This document shows, one piece after another, positions 11,826-23,242 of a DNA stretch of 64,000 bases. The notes below the pieces were generated by a model. That model searched no databases and was not told the DNA's origin. It worked only from the letters and a program-made list of their open reading frames with translations. Each line of letters begins with the position of its first letter. Positions within the stretch are counted from its first letter, which is position 1. The DNA comes from Pirellulales bacterium. Its GTDB lineage: Bacteria > Planctomycetota > Planctomycetia > Pirellulales > PALSA-1355. The stretch is from NCBI GenBank assembly GCA_963733035.1, contig CAVTBU010000005.1, forward strand, positions 1,760,001 through 1,824,000, read 5' to 3'. The position numbers and the translations under genes were made by a program.

Positions 11826-13342
11826 GTCGGCTTTCCGTTTTCAAAAGTGCTGCGCACCGCGTCCAGCACATGCCCGAGCTTCTGTCGTAGCGTCTCGTCG
11901 AACTCCGACGCCTGTTCGAGCGCCGCGACCAAGTCTGGTTCATACTGTTCCAGTCGCTGGTAGAGGCGTTCCAGGAAGTGCGCGACCTGCGCGACCGGCA
12001 CCGAATCGAGAGCGCCTTCGCGAACGGCGACCAGCGTAGCGATTTCGTGGGCCACGGAATTGGGTTGCAGCCGGGGCTGTTTGAGAGACTCCCGCAAGCG
12101 GCGGCCCCGCTCCAGGCGGCGCCGTGTCTCGGGTTCCAATTCGGCCCCGAAGCGGGCAAAGGTTTCGAGTTCGTGCAGTTGCGAGTAGAGCAGCCGCAAA
12201 TCGCTGGCCACCGCGCGAAGCAAACGGGGTTGGGCTTTTCCGCCGACGCGCGAAACGCTCAAGCCAACGTCAACGGCCGGCCGCTGCCCTTCGTTGAACA
12301 GCCGCGTGTCGAGATAGATCTGCCCGTCGGTGATCGAAATCAAGTTCGTCGGAATGTACGACGCGATGTTACCCGCCTGGGTCGATGCAATCGGCAGCGC
12401 CGTCAGGCTTCCGCCCCCCAACTTGTCGTGCAATCGCGTGGCCCGTTCGAGCAGCCGGGCGTGAAAGTAAAAGATGTCGGCCGGATAGGCTTCGCGTCCG
12501 GGGGGCCGGTTCAACAGCAGCGAAATGCGCCGGTAGGAGTCGGCATGCTTGGTAAGGTCGTCGAAGATGACCAGGGCGTGCCTCCCTTGCCGCATGAAGT
12601 ATTCGCCAATCGTGCAGGCCGTGTAGGGCGCCAGATATTGCTGGCCGGCAGGCGAGCTGGCGTCGGCCATGACGACCACCGTGTGCCGCAGCGCATCGGC
12701 TTTTTCGAGCAGCCCCACGGTCTCGGCCACGCTGGCTTTCCGCTGTCCAATAGCGCAATACACGCACAGCACTCCGCTATCACGCTGCGCCAGGATTGCG
12801 TCCAGCGCGATCGCGGTCTTGCCCGTGGCGCGATCACCCAGAATCAGTTCGCGCTGGCCGCGCCCCAGGGGGAGCAGCGTGTCGATCACCTTGATGCCGG
12901 TGTGCATCGGCTCGCAGACCGGCTGTCGCTCGATGACGCCGGGCGCCTCGCGCTCCACCGGCCAATAGTCCGACAAGTGCAAGGGTGGCCCGTCATCGAG
13001 GGGGCGTCCCAGAGCATCGATCACGCGACCGAGCAATTCGTCGCCGACGGCCACACTCGCCACCCGGCCGGTGGCTCGAAGCTCGTCGCCCGCCCCCACG
13101 TGCTCGCTGCTGTCCAGGAACAGCACGCCCACCTCCTGCGGCCGCAAATCGAAGGCCAAGGCCGTCAGCCCATCGCTACGCTGCAGCAGTTCACCGTAGC
13201 GGACCGACGGGCAACCGCGCACATAGGCCACGCCGTCGCCCACGCGAACCACCCAGCCCACCTCGCGCTGGCGCACTTCCCAATGAATCTCGCTCAGATC
13301 CTCGCGAAGCTGTTCGGCCATCCGCTGGATTTCTTCAGCCAT
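11822..13342 (-). CDS. atpA: N-type ATPase alpha subunit
   Basis: VGDGVA, GRGQRELILGDRATGKT, PPGREAYPADIFY, YIPTNLISITDGQI, PAVDVGLSVSRVGGKAQ. Start at MAEEIQ (13342). Confidence 0.95.
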   Translation of the reverse strand: MAEEIQRMAEQLREDLSEIHWEVRQREVGWVVRVGDGVAYVRGCPSVRYGELLQRSDGLTALAFDLRPQEVGVLFLDSSEHVGAGDELRATGRVASVAVGDELLGRVIDALGRPLDDGPPLHLSDYWPVEREAPGVIERQPVCEPMHTGIKVIDTLLPLGRGQRELILGDRATGKTAIALDAILAQRDSGVLCVYCAIGQRKASVAETVGLLEKADALRHTVVVMADASSPAGQQYLAPYTACTIGEYFMRQGRHALVIFDDLTKHADSYRRISLLLNRPPGREAYPADIFYFHARLLERATRLHDKLGGGSLTALPIASTQAGNIASYIPTNLISITDGQIYLDTRLFNEGQRPAVDVGLSVSRVGGKAQPRLLRAVASDLRLLYSQLHELETFARFGAELEPETRRRLERGRRLRESLKQPRLQPNSVAHEIATLVAVREGALDSVPVAQVAHFLERLYQRLEQYEPDLVAALEQASEFDETLRQKLGHVLDAVRSTFENGKPT

Positions 13343-14085
13343 GGGACGAGTTCTCCGAGACCGTGCGGGCCGTTTCCAATTGGCCGGCCAGGGAAGCGTC
13401 CCACACATTGCCCCCGATGCGCAACCGCCGCCGGCCAAAAGTGCCGGCTTCGTTTCCACATCGAGTTTGACTTGCTGACCTACGACCGACGCGACCGCGT
13501 CGGTGATTTTTTGCATCGAACCGGGATCGAGCGGGGCGGCAATTTCCACGACCGCGCCGTCTGCAGACTTCCAATCGCGGCGCACACGCGAACGCTCCTC
13601 TTCGGGAAGTCTGGCTAACGCTTCCACGAGATGCCCGGCCAATTGCTGCTGCAGCGTCGTTCCGGCCGCCTCCCGCAGCAAACGCTCAGCCAACTCGGCC
13701 GCCGAAGCGCTGATTTCGGCGCGGAGCGAACGGAGCGCGTCTTCGCGCTGGCGCTCGATGCCCGCGCGGACTTCGGATTGGCGACGCTCGATTGCTCGTT
13801 CGGCCTCGGAAATCAGTTTCTGGCGTTCGGATTCGCCTACCGCGCGGGCCTTCTGAATCGCTTCTTGCCGCTCCTGCTCGATGCTTGCGCCTGCGTTTGC
13901 AATTGCTCTTGCATGGCGACAGCCTGGGCGCGGGCAGCTTCGGCGTCGCTTTGCGTTTTGGCCAGCACGGCCCGACGCTGATCGATCGCCGCGCGCAGCG
14001 GGCGGTAAAGTATGCGGTGCAGGATGTAGGCCAGCACCACAAAGTTGACGATCTCGAACAGAAACGTCCAGACGTTGAAAGTCAT
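13335..14085 (-). CDS. atpF: N-type ATPase b subunit with delta-like C-terminus; apparent frameshifts near 13884 and 13430
   Basis: MTFNVWTFLFEIVNFVVLAYILHRILYRPL N-terminus, coiled coil, then ...LRIGGNVWDASLAGQL C-terminus, spread over three frames. Confidence 0.85.
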
Positions 14086-14091
14086 AAAGGT

Positions 14092-14358
14092 TTATTTCGA
14101 AATCAGGCTCGCGAGCGGATTGGCAAACAGCAGAATCAGCGCGATCACCAGGCAATAAATCGCCAGCGACTCGATCATCGCCAAACCGACGAACAGGGTC
14201 CGGCTGATGCGATCCGCGGCGTCGGGCTGGCGGGCGATCGCGTCGAGCGCCGAGTCCACCGCCTTGCCTTGCGCAAAGGCGGGGCCGATCGAGCCGACGG
14301 TCACAGTCAGGCCCGACACGACCATGACGATCAGGGCAAAGATGTCATGCGAGTCCAT
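14092..14358 (-). CDS. atpE: N-type ATPase c subunit
   Basis: Own RBS (AAGGAG) and ATG 14358; GSIGPAFAQG, IARQP, FVGLAMIESLAIY. Confidence 0.92.
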   Translation of the reverse strand: MDSHDIFALIVMVVSGLTVTVGSIGPAFAQGKAVDSALDAIARQPDAADRISRTLFVGLAMIESLAIYCLVIALILLFANPLASLISK

Positions 14359-14362
14359 ATGT

Positions 14363-15039
14363 TTATTCTCCTTGAGTCTGTTGCGCCGGACGGCGGCGCT
14401 CAAATAGACAACGGTCAATACGGCAAAGATGTACGCCTGCACCACGCCCGTCAAAACTGAAAGCATCATGATCGGAACGGGAACTAACAATCCGGCAATC
14501 GTCAACAGCACCGCGATCACCAACTCCTCGCTTACGACGTTTCCAAAAAGTCGCACGGCCAGTGCCAGCGTGCGCGAGAATTCCGTGATGATTTCCAGCG
14601 GCAGCAAAAGCGGCGTTGGCTCCAGGTAGTGGCGCAGATATCCGCGCAGTCCGCGAGCCCAAATCCCGTAAAACGGCACGGCCAAGAAGACCACGATCGC
14701 CAGGGCGGCCGTCGTGGAAAAGTCCGCCGTCGGCGGTCGCATGCCAGGCACCAGCCCGAGCAGGTTGGCGGTGCCGATAAACAGCGCCAGCGTTACCACC
14801 AGCGGCGTATAGGGTCGCGGGTCGCACTCGAACATGTCGTGCATGATTCCTTCTAAATGCTCGACGACGAACTCGGCGGCCACGGGCCAGCCCGAGCGAT
14901 TGGTCTTCAGGCCGATTCGTACCAGCAGGGCGAACGCGACGACGATAGCTGAGGCAATCAACGAGTAGACGACCGTACCAGTCACTTCTACCGGACCGAA
15001 CCGCAACAGCACTTCAGGAAAGAATTGCTCACCGCCCAT
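14363..15039 (-). CDS. atpB: N-type ATPase a subunit (stop probably at 14363 after a 1-base correction)
   Basis: PPTADFSTTAALA, LPLEIITEFSRTLALAVRLFGNV, QAYIFAVLTVVYL. As sequenced it reads through in frame into atpE. Confidence 0.88.
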
Positions 15040-15102
15040 GGGCAACGACCCTCAGTCCGCGAACGCGTTGGTAGCTAGCCATCACCGCACCGAAATCGAT
15101 GT

Positions 15103-15380
15103 TCACTCCTTCAACTCCCGATCGACATGCCGCCAGGCGCTGGCACAGCCGAGCATCAGGCCCCCAACCAGCAGCGACAACGTCCAAAAAATGCCCGAAG
15201 CGAACTTCACGTCGAGCCATCGTCCGACCAGAGCGCCCAAGACGGCGGGCAAACTCACCATCCAGCCCACCGCGCCGACGCTGGCCAGCCCGCGCCAAAA
15301 CGTCCCATGACGGCTATCGCGAGTTCGTTCGGCTTGGCGCCGGATTTCCGATACGAACGGATCTTCCGGGGCCTTCTCGT

Positions 15381-15384
<4 letters not shown>
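15103..15384 (-). CDS. AtpZ/AtpI-family (AtpQ) N-ATPase accessory membrane protein
   Basis: GLASVGAVGWMVSLPAVLGALVGRWLD...WTLSLLVGGLMLGCASAW; lies between atpC and atpB. Confidence 0.85.
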
Positions 15385-17217
<1,833 letters not shown>

Positions 17218-17533
17218 GTGCGTTTCCAATCGTGCTGCTGGATGGCCGGGCCCAGTTCGTTGCCGGCTGACCACGGCAAAGCGACAATCCGGCGTGTTCC
17301 GACTCCCGCTGGTCAAAAATAGCGTTTTTAAAACGGTGGGATACTCCCCGGCAGGTGCTATGTACGAAGAAATCTCCTGAGCTGCCGTCGCCAGGGAGTC
17401 CTGTGCGACCACGCACCAGCCAGAGCGATACCGCGCACCAATTTCATCTGGTTTCGCTCGAATCGCAAGATCATCACACGGTTTTCCGGTCATCGCCAGC
17501 CCACGCGGTCTCGCCTGCCAAAAGGCCTTCGGC

Positions 17534-17550
17534 TCGGCACATGATCTGCA
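17534..17550 (+). promoter_or_regulatory. Sigma54 -24/-12 promoter for the His-rich protein/hydrogenase unit
   Basis: TCGGCACATGATCTGCA: GG-N10-GC with GGCAC, 65 bp upstream of ATG 17615. Confidence 0.6.
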
Positions 17551-17614
17551 TAGCTGGCATGGCAGCGTTTTATCACGTTTCGCCGTCGGCCGTACACGAG
17601 TGGAGAAGTTCAAC

Positions 17615-18010
17615 ATGACCAGCTCAACGCATGCCACAATGCACCAGAACCATCGGCAATGGAAAAGTGACAACGACCAATGGCGGTGCGACCTGGCCGC
17701 TTGGCAAGATGAATTGCGGCAGGCGACGGGGCAGCTTTCGGAGGTTGAAGAGGCATTGAAGAAGCAAGCAGCGAAGCTGCAGACTCACGCCTCGTCGATT
17801 CGCTTGCGCGAACAGGATCTGTTGGCACACGAACACGCACTGGCAGCCTGCGAGCAGGGAGAGCCCACGGTAGATCTCATCAAATTGGCGAAGGCGCACG
17901 AGGACGAAGAGTCCAAACATGCCTCCCAGCGGGACGCGCATGAGAAGATCAAGCGCCATCATCACGCGATCATGGCGCACCTGGCGGCGTTGCATAAGCT
18001 CGTCTCCTAG
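17615..18010 (+). CDS. His-rich coiled-coil hypothetical protein
   Basis: GGAG RBS; 131 aa with 14 His; predicted all-helical; first gene upstream of the hydrogenase genes. Confidence 0.7.
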   Translation: MTSSTHATMHQNHRQWKSDNDQWRCDLAAWQDELRQATGQLSEVEEALKKQAAKLQTHASSIRLREQDLLAHEHALAACEQGEPTVDLIKLAKAHEDEESKHASQRDAHEKIKRHHHAIMAHLAALHKLVS

Positions 18011-18178
18011 CCAGACTAAGGGATGGTCATCATGCTGGTTGGTCCCCCTTGCGGGCCTAACGGCGCGTCAGCCGGAGCGCGAAATCCGCGGCCGCTACTT
18101 GCCACGTGTTCGATCCGTGCGAGAATCAATCGCTGTTATGCGCTATCCGCCTGAAAATCGCGCACGGAAATCGCTCTC

Positions 18179-18670
18179 GTGGACACGCCGGTCTTGATAC
18201 AAGTGTTGCAGCAGTTGCGCTTTTCCGAGACGCTGCCCGACCACGTCTTGGAACGCGTCGCGGCGGCCGCCAGTCTGCGCGGGTTTCCGGCCGATACGAT
18301 CTTATTTCGCGAAGGCGGACAAAACGATCAGTTGATGGTTGTCTCCGTCGGTAGCGTGGCGCTCGATATGAACGTGCCGGGGCGGGGCGAGGTGCGGATC
18401 ATGTCGCTGGGGCCCGGCAACGTCGTGGCCTGGTCGGCCCTGCTGGGCGGAGGTCGCATGACCGCTTCGGCCGTGGCTCTTGAAGACACGCAAGTCGTAC
18501 AGATTCCCGCGGCCGACCTATTGGCCATTTGCGACACGGACGCTCTGTTCGGCTATCACTTGATGCGGCGTGTCGCCACGGCACTGGCCGAGCGGCTAGT
18601 CGCCACGCGATTGCAATTGCTCGACCTATTTGCCGACACGGCACCGATCGTTCCTCAGGGCCCCGACTGA
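18179..18670 (+). CDS. Stand-alone cyclic-nucleotide-binding (Crp-like, no HTH) domain protein
   Basis: ILFREGG, GSVAL, LGPGNVVAWSALL, RMTASAVALED, LAERLVATRLQLLDL. Confidence 0.85.
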   Translation: MDTPVLIQVLQQLRFSETLPDHVLERVAAAASLRGFPADTILFREGGQNDQLMVVSVGSVALDMNVPGRGEVRIMSLGPGNVVAWSALLGGGRMTASAVALEDTQVVQIPAADLLAICDTDALFGYHLMRRVATALAERLVATRLQLLDLFADTAPIVPQGPD

Positions 18671-18694
18671 CATTCGACGCAGGAAGGTTGCGGC

Positions 18695-19828
18695 ATGACG
18701 ACGACCGCGGGTGAACCAGTCGGCAAGGATGGCCAGACCATGCTACTCGCCAAGGCGCACTTTCAGAAACTCCTGGATTTGCTGTGGAGCCAGGCGTATC
18801 GAGTCGTTGGCCCGACGGTGTCTCAAGAGGCGATAGTTTACGACGAGGTTCGCAGCATCGATGATCTGCCGCGGGGGTGGACGGACGAGCAAAGCGGCGG
18901 GACTTATCGACTCAAGCGGCGCGACGATGACGCCTGGTTCGGCTTCGTCGTGGGGCCGCACTCCTGGAAACGCTATTTATTTCCGCCTCAGGCAACGGTT
19001 TCGCAGGCCGAGCGTACGGCGGACGGCTGGCAGCTGCGCGACGTGGTCGACGAGGAACCGCCCTACGCGTTCCTTGGCGTGCGCGCGTGTGAACTTGCGG
19101 CCATGGCCGTGCAGGATCGAACCTTCTTAAACGATCAATACTGCGATCCAATCTATCGCCGCCGTCGGGAGCGAGCATTGATCATCGCGGTGAATTGTAC
19201 GCAGGCCGCGTCGACCTGCTTCTGCACTTCGATGAACACCGGGCCGCGCTGCACGCGAGAATACGACTTGGCGTTGACCGAGCTAGTGGATCACTTTACC
19301 GTCGAGATCGGCAGCGAGCGGGGTCGGGAAATTGCCTCGCAACTCCCGACCACCGTGGCCGATTCCGGACACCTCGATCAGGCCGAAACCGCGCGCCAGC
19401 AGGCCGTTGATCAAATCACGAAAACGCTGGACACCACCGACATCCGAGATTTGCTGCTGGGGAACCTCGGTCACCCGCGTTGGACCGAAGTCGCGACCCG
19501 CTGTTTGTCGTGCACGAATTGCACGATGGTCTGTCCGACCTGTTTTTGCAGCTCGGTTAAGGACGTCAGCGATCTGGCCGGCGAGCACGTCGAGCGCGTG
19601 CGGCAGTGGGATTCTTGTTTCAATTGGGACTTCAGTTACATGAACGGCGGTGTGGTACGCAACCAGATCCGCTCGCGATATCGTCAGTGGCTGACGCACA
19701 AGTTGGCTTCTTGGATCGACCAGTTCGACGTCTCCGGCTGCGTGGGATGCGGACGGTGTATCACCTGGTGTCCGGTGGCGATCGACTTGACCGAGGAAGT
19801 GGCGGCGATCCGGGAGACTGCCCTGTGA
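18695..19828 (+). CDS. hydB: Group 3b (sulf)hydrogenase beta subunit, 4Fe-4S dicluster
   Basis: GPHSWKRYLFP, GVRACELAA, CFCTSM, CLSCTNCTMVCPTCFC, RYRQWLTHK, GCVGCGRCITWCPVAID. Confidence 0.9.
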   Translation: MTTTAGEPVGKDGQTMLLAKAHFQKLLDLLWSQAYRVVGPTVSQEAIVYDEVRSIDDLPRGWTDEQSGGTYRLKRRDDDAWFGFVVGPHSWKRYLFPPQATVSQAERTADGWQLRDVVDEEPPYAFLGVRACELAAMAVQDRTFLNDQYCDPIYRRRRERALIIAVNCTQAASTCFCTSMNTGPRCTREYDLALTELVDHFTVEIGSERGREIASQLPTTVADSGHLDQAETARQQAVDQITKTLDTTDIRDLLLGNLGHPRWTEVATRCLSCTNCTMVCPTCFCSSVKDVSDLAGEHVERVRQWDSCFNWDFSYMNGGVVRNQIRSRYRQWLTHKLASWIDQFDVSGCVGCGRCITWCPVAIDLTEEVAAIRETAL

Positions 19829-20685
19829 GTCGTGACCGCAGCTCTGCGATTAGCGAGAATCCCTGGTTGGCACAAAGCGTCGAGATCGCCGACATCACGC
19901 CGGAAATGCCCGGCGTGGCCACCTATCACCTGCGATTTCGCGATCCGGCCCTGCACGCCAGCTATGCGTTTCGGCCGGGACAATTCAACATGCTCTATTT
20001 GCCCGGGGCTGGCGAAATTGCCATCAGCCTGAGTGCGGGCAGCCAGCAGCACGGCACTTGGGACCATACGATTCGCGTGGCTGGTAACGTCACTCGAACG
20101 TTGGCCAAGATGAAAGTGGGTGCCGATTTTGGGCTTCGCGGTCCGTACGGTTCGAGTTGGCCGTTGGACGAATTCCACAATGCGAACGTCATTGTTGGCG
20201 CCGGCGGTATTGGCCTGGCGCCGCTGCGGCCTGCCATTGAGGCGCTGCTGCAAGAGAAGCACAAGTTTGGCGAGCGGATGTTGCTTTATGGAGCGCGCAC
20301 GCCCGATACCTTGCTCTATACCCGGCAGTACGAGGACTGGTCGGATCGCGGCTTGAGTTTGCAAACGACCGTCGACCGTGCACAGCCCGGCTGGTTAGGT
20401 CACGTGGGCGTCGTGCCGCTGCTGTTGGACCGCTTGCGGCCGTTTACTCCGGCCAATTCTGTGTTGTTGCTCTGCGGGCCAGAAGTCATGATGCGCTACT
20501 GCGTTCGCAGCGCATTGGCGCGGGGTATGCGGAAGGACCAGATTTGGTTATCGCTCGAGCGCAACATGCAATGCGCCGTGGGGCTTTGCGGCCACTGCCA
20601 GCTTGGACCGGAATTCATCTGCAAGGACGGTCCGATCTTTCGCTATGACCGCGTCGAGCCGTTTCTCGAAGTGGAGACACTGTAA
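19825..20685 (+). CDS. hydG: Group 3b hydrogenase gamma subunit (FAD/NAD(P)-binding, 2Fe-2S)
   Basis: FRPGQFNML, RGPYG, AGGIGLAPLR, CGPEVMM, ERNMQCAVGLCGHCQ, ICKDGP; GTG start overlaps the upstream stop. Confidence 0.9.
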   Translation: MSRDRSSAISENPWLAQSVEIADITPEMPGVATYHLRFRDPALHASYAFRPGQFNMLYLPGAGEIAISLSAGSQQHGTWDHTIRVAGNVTRTLAKMKVGADFGLRGPYGSSWPLDEFHNANVIVGAGGIGLAPLRPAIEALLQEKHKFGERMLLYGARTPDTLLYTRQYEDWSDRGLSLQTTVDRAQPGWLGHVGVVPLLLDRLRPFTPANSVLLLCGPEVMMRYCVRSALARGMRKDQIWLSLERNMQCAVGLCGHCQLGPEFICKDGPIFRYDRVEPFLEVETL

Positions 20686-21467
20686 TGGGGATTCCCCGGC
20701 TGGCCGTGTTCAAATTCGCCTCTTGCGACGGCTGCCAGCTCTCGCTGCTGGGGTTGGAAGACGAACTCCTGACGCTGGCCGGACGCATGGACGTTGTGTA
20801 CTTTCTGGAGGCCTCCAGCCGCGCCGAACCGGGACCGTATGACGTTGCCTTGGTTGAAGGTTCGATCACGACCGCCGAAGACGCCGCGCGCATTCGCCAG
20901 ATTCGTCGCGATGCGAAGTTTCTGGTGACGATCGGTGCTTGCGCCACGGCAGGCGGTATACAGGCCCTGCGCAATTGGGCCGACTCTCGGGAATTCTTGC
21001 AAGCCGTGTACGCTTCGCCACAGTACATCGAAACGCTCGCCACCTCGACGCCCATTTCGCAGCATGTGCCGGTGGATTTTGAACTGCGCGGCTGCCCGAT
21101 CAACAAACATCAGTTGCTGGAGGTCCTGACCGCGCTGCTTGCCGGTCGGCGGCCACGGACACCCGTGCATAGCGTTTGCCTGGAGTGCAAGCGGCGCGGA
21201 ACCGTCTGTGTCATGGTCGCTCAAGGCATGGTTTGCCTCGGGCCGATCACGCATGACGGTTGTGGAGCAATTTGCCCCAGCTACGACCGCGGTTGCTATG
21301 GCTGTTTTGGTCCCGCGCAGCAGCCCAACCCGAAAAGCCTTACCGCGCAGTTCCAGCAAAACGGCGTCTCGCGAGAATCGCTTGTTCGCAGCCTGCGCGG
21401 GAGTTTTAACGGGTATGCGCCGGAATTTCGTGCCGAAGGCGATCGGCTCGCCGAAGGCCAGGACTAG
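20685..21467 (+). CDS. hydD: Group 3b hydrogenase small (delta) subunit
   Basis: KFASCDGCQL, VEGSITT, GACATAGG, LRGCP, CLGPIT..GCGAICP...GCYGCFGP. Confidence 0.92.
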   Translation: MGIPRLAVFKFASCDGCQLSLLGLEDELLTLAGRMDVVYFLEASSRAEPGPYDVALVEGSITTAEDAARIRQIRRDAKFLVTIGACATAGGIQALRNWADSREFLQAVYASPQYIETLATSTPISQHVPVDFELRGCPINKHQLLEVLTALLAGRRPRTPVHSVCLECKRRGTVCVMVAQGMVCLGPITHDGCGAICPSYDRGCYGCFGPAQQPNPKSLTAQFQQNGVSRESLVRSLRGSFNGYAPEFRAEGDRLAEGQD

Positions 21468-21478
21468 GTGCTCACGAC

Positions 21479-22777
21479 ATGACTTCCGAGCGTACTATTC
21501 GTGTCGCGGCGATGACCCGGGTCGAGGGGGAGGGATCGCTGCGGATTCGATTGAGCGATGGACAAATCGACCAGGTGCAACTCAGAATCTTCGAGCCCCC
21601 GCGGCTGTTCGAAGCGTTCCTGCGGGGTCGAGCCATCGAGGATGTGCCGGATATCACGGCCCGCATCTGCGGCATCTGCCCGGTCGCCTATCAGATGAGT
21701 TCCGTACACGCCCTGGAACAAGCGCTAGGGGTGCAAACGCCGCCCGAATTGCGCAGCTTGCGGCGGTTGCTGTATTGCGGCGAATGGATTGAAAGCCATT
21801 CGCTGCATGTGCACCTGCTGCACGCGCCGGACTTCTTGGGTTACGACAGCGTGCTGGAAATGGCCAAGGACTTTCCCGATGAAGTGAATCGCGGGCTGCG
21901 CCTCAAAAAGCACGGCAACCAACTGCTCGACGTGCTGGGTGGGCGGTCGGTGCATCCGGTGAATGTTGCGGTCGGCGGATTCCACCGTCTGCCGCGTCGC
22001 GACGAACTGGCGCCGCTGGTCGATGATTTCGCCTGGGGGCTCGAGGCCGCAATCGAAGCCACACGCTGGGTCGCGGGTTTCGATTTTCCGTCGTTCGAGC
22101 GTCCCTATGGCTTCGTGGCGCTCTCGCATCCGCACGAATACGCGATGTCCGAGGGGCAGATTCGCACGAGCGATGGGCTCGCCTTCGACGCTGCGCAGTT
22201 CGCGCAGCATTTCCGCGAACAGCAGGTACCGCATTCCACGGCCCTGCAGGCCGTGCGGGTCGACACGGGCGGGACCTATTTTCTGGGGCCACTGGCTCGC
22301 GTCAATCTCAACCGTGGGCAACTGCTGCCCCGGGCACGCAAGCTGGCCGACGAGATTGGTTTGGAAGATCCTTGTCGCAATCCGTTCAAAAGCATCATCG
22401 CGCGGAGTATCGAGGTCGTCCAAGCGTATGAAGAAGCGCTGATGCTCTTGCGGAGCTATCGACCGTCGCGCCGAGCCCGAGTCGCGTATACATACCGCGC
22501 CGGCGCCGGCGCCGCGGCCACCGAAGCGCCCCGCGGAATGCTATATCACCGCTACGAGGTGGACGCGGAAGGCACGATCGTGGCCGCCACGATCGTGCCT
22601 CCCACTTCGCAAAACCAGGGTCAGATCGAGGACGATTTGCGTCACTACCTGCCGGCCCAACTTGCGCAGCCCGACGAACAGGTGGCGGCGGCCTGCGAAC
22701 GCTTGGTGCGAAGTTACGATCCGTGCATCAGTTGCTCGACGCACTTCCTGAAGGTTGCCATCGAGAGGAACGAATGA
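21479..22777 (+). CDS. hydA: Group 3b [NiFe]-hydrogenase large (alpha) subunit
   Basis: TRVEGEG; L1 motif RICGICPVAY; EAPRG; PPTSQNQ; L2 motif RSYDPCISCSTH followed by a cleavable tail. Confidence 0.95.
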   Translation: MTSERTIRVAAMTRVEGEGSLRIRLSDGQIDQVQLRIFEPPRLFEAFLRGRAIEDVPDITARICGICPVAYQMSSVHALEQALGVQTPPELRSLRRLLYCGEWIESHSLHVHLLHAPDFLGYDSVLEMAKDFPDEVNRGLRLKKHGNQLLDVLGGRSVHPVNVAVGGFHRLPRRDELAPLVDDFAWGLEAAIEATRWVAGFDFPSFERPYGFVALSHPHEYAMSEGQIRTSDGLAFDAAQFAQHFREQQVPHSTALQAVRVDTGGTYFLGPLARVNLNRGQLLPRARKLADEIGLEDPCRNPFKSIIARSIEVVQAYEEALMLLRSYRPSRRARVAYTYRAGAGAAATEAPRGMLYHRYEVDAEGTIVAATIVPPTSQNQGQIEDDLRHYLPAQLAQPDEQVAAACERLVRSYDPCISCSTHFLKVAIERNE

Positions 22778-23223
22778 GCGGCGACGCACTGTTCGTCGGC
22801 ATCGGCAGCCCGCACGGCGACGACTGCGTCGGCTGGCGAGTGGCGCAGCGGATTAGCGAGTTGGGCATTAAACGCCTAGTCGTCCGCCGGGCACAATCGC
22901 CAGCCGACGTGCTCGACTGGCTCGACGACGTCGAGGCGCTGGACGTCTGCGACGCGGTTTTCAGCGAGTCGCCCCCCGGCACGCTCCATTGTTGGCCGTG
23001 GCCCAGCGCCGCGATCGAGAGCGCCCTGTTTTGCGGCACGCATGACCTGTCACTCCCCGCGGGGCTCGCCTTGGCCGAACGACTCGGTCGCTTGCCGCGG
23101 CAGGTCCGTATTTGGGGGGTTGCCATCAACGAGGCCAATCAGACAGCGCCCGTCTCACCGGACGTTGCCGCGGCGACTCCAGCCATCGTGAGCGAAATAG
23201 CAACCGCTCTTGGACGCCAGTAA
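22774..23223 (+). CDS. Hydrogenase maturation endopeptidase
   Basis: VGIGSPHGDDCVG, DAV, GTHDLSL; overlaps the large-subunit stop. Confidence 0.85.
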   Translation: MSGDALFVGIGSPHGDDCVGWRVAQRISELGIKRLVVRRAQSPADVLDWLDDVEALDVCDAVFSESPPGTLHCWPWPSAAIESALFCGTHDLSLPAGLALAERLGRLPRQVRIWGVAINEANQTAPVSPDVAAATPAIVSEIATALGRQ

Positions 23224-23242
23224 CCAGGCTTATTAACCAGGC

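Noticed and set aside
11822..14155. 777-aa ORF suggesting a b-alpha fusion
   Set aside because: Produced by the two frameshifts in atpF; alpha starts at 13342.
14092..15045. Apparent natural fusion of ATPase a and c subunits (317-aa ORF)
   Set aside because: atpE has its own AAGGAG RBS and ATG. Adding one G near 14388 ends atpB as ...AAVRAQQTQGE* at 14363. A stator-rotor fusion would block rotation, and neighbouring genes show the same deletion errors.
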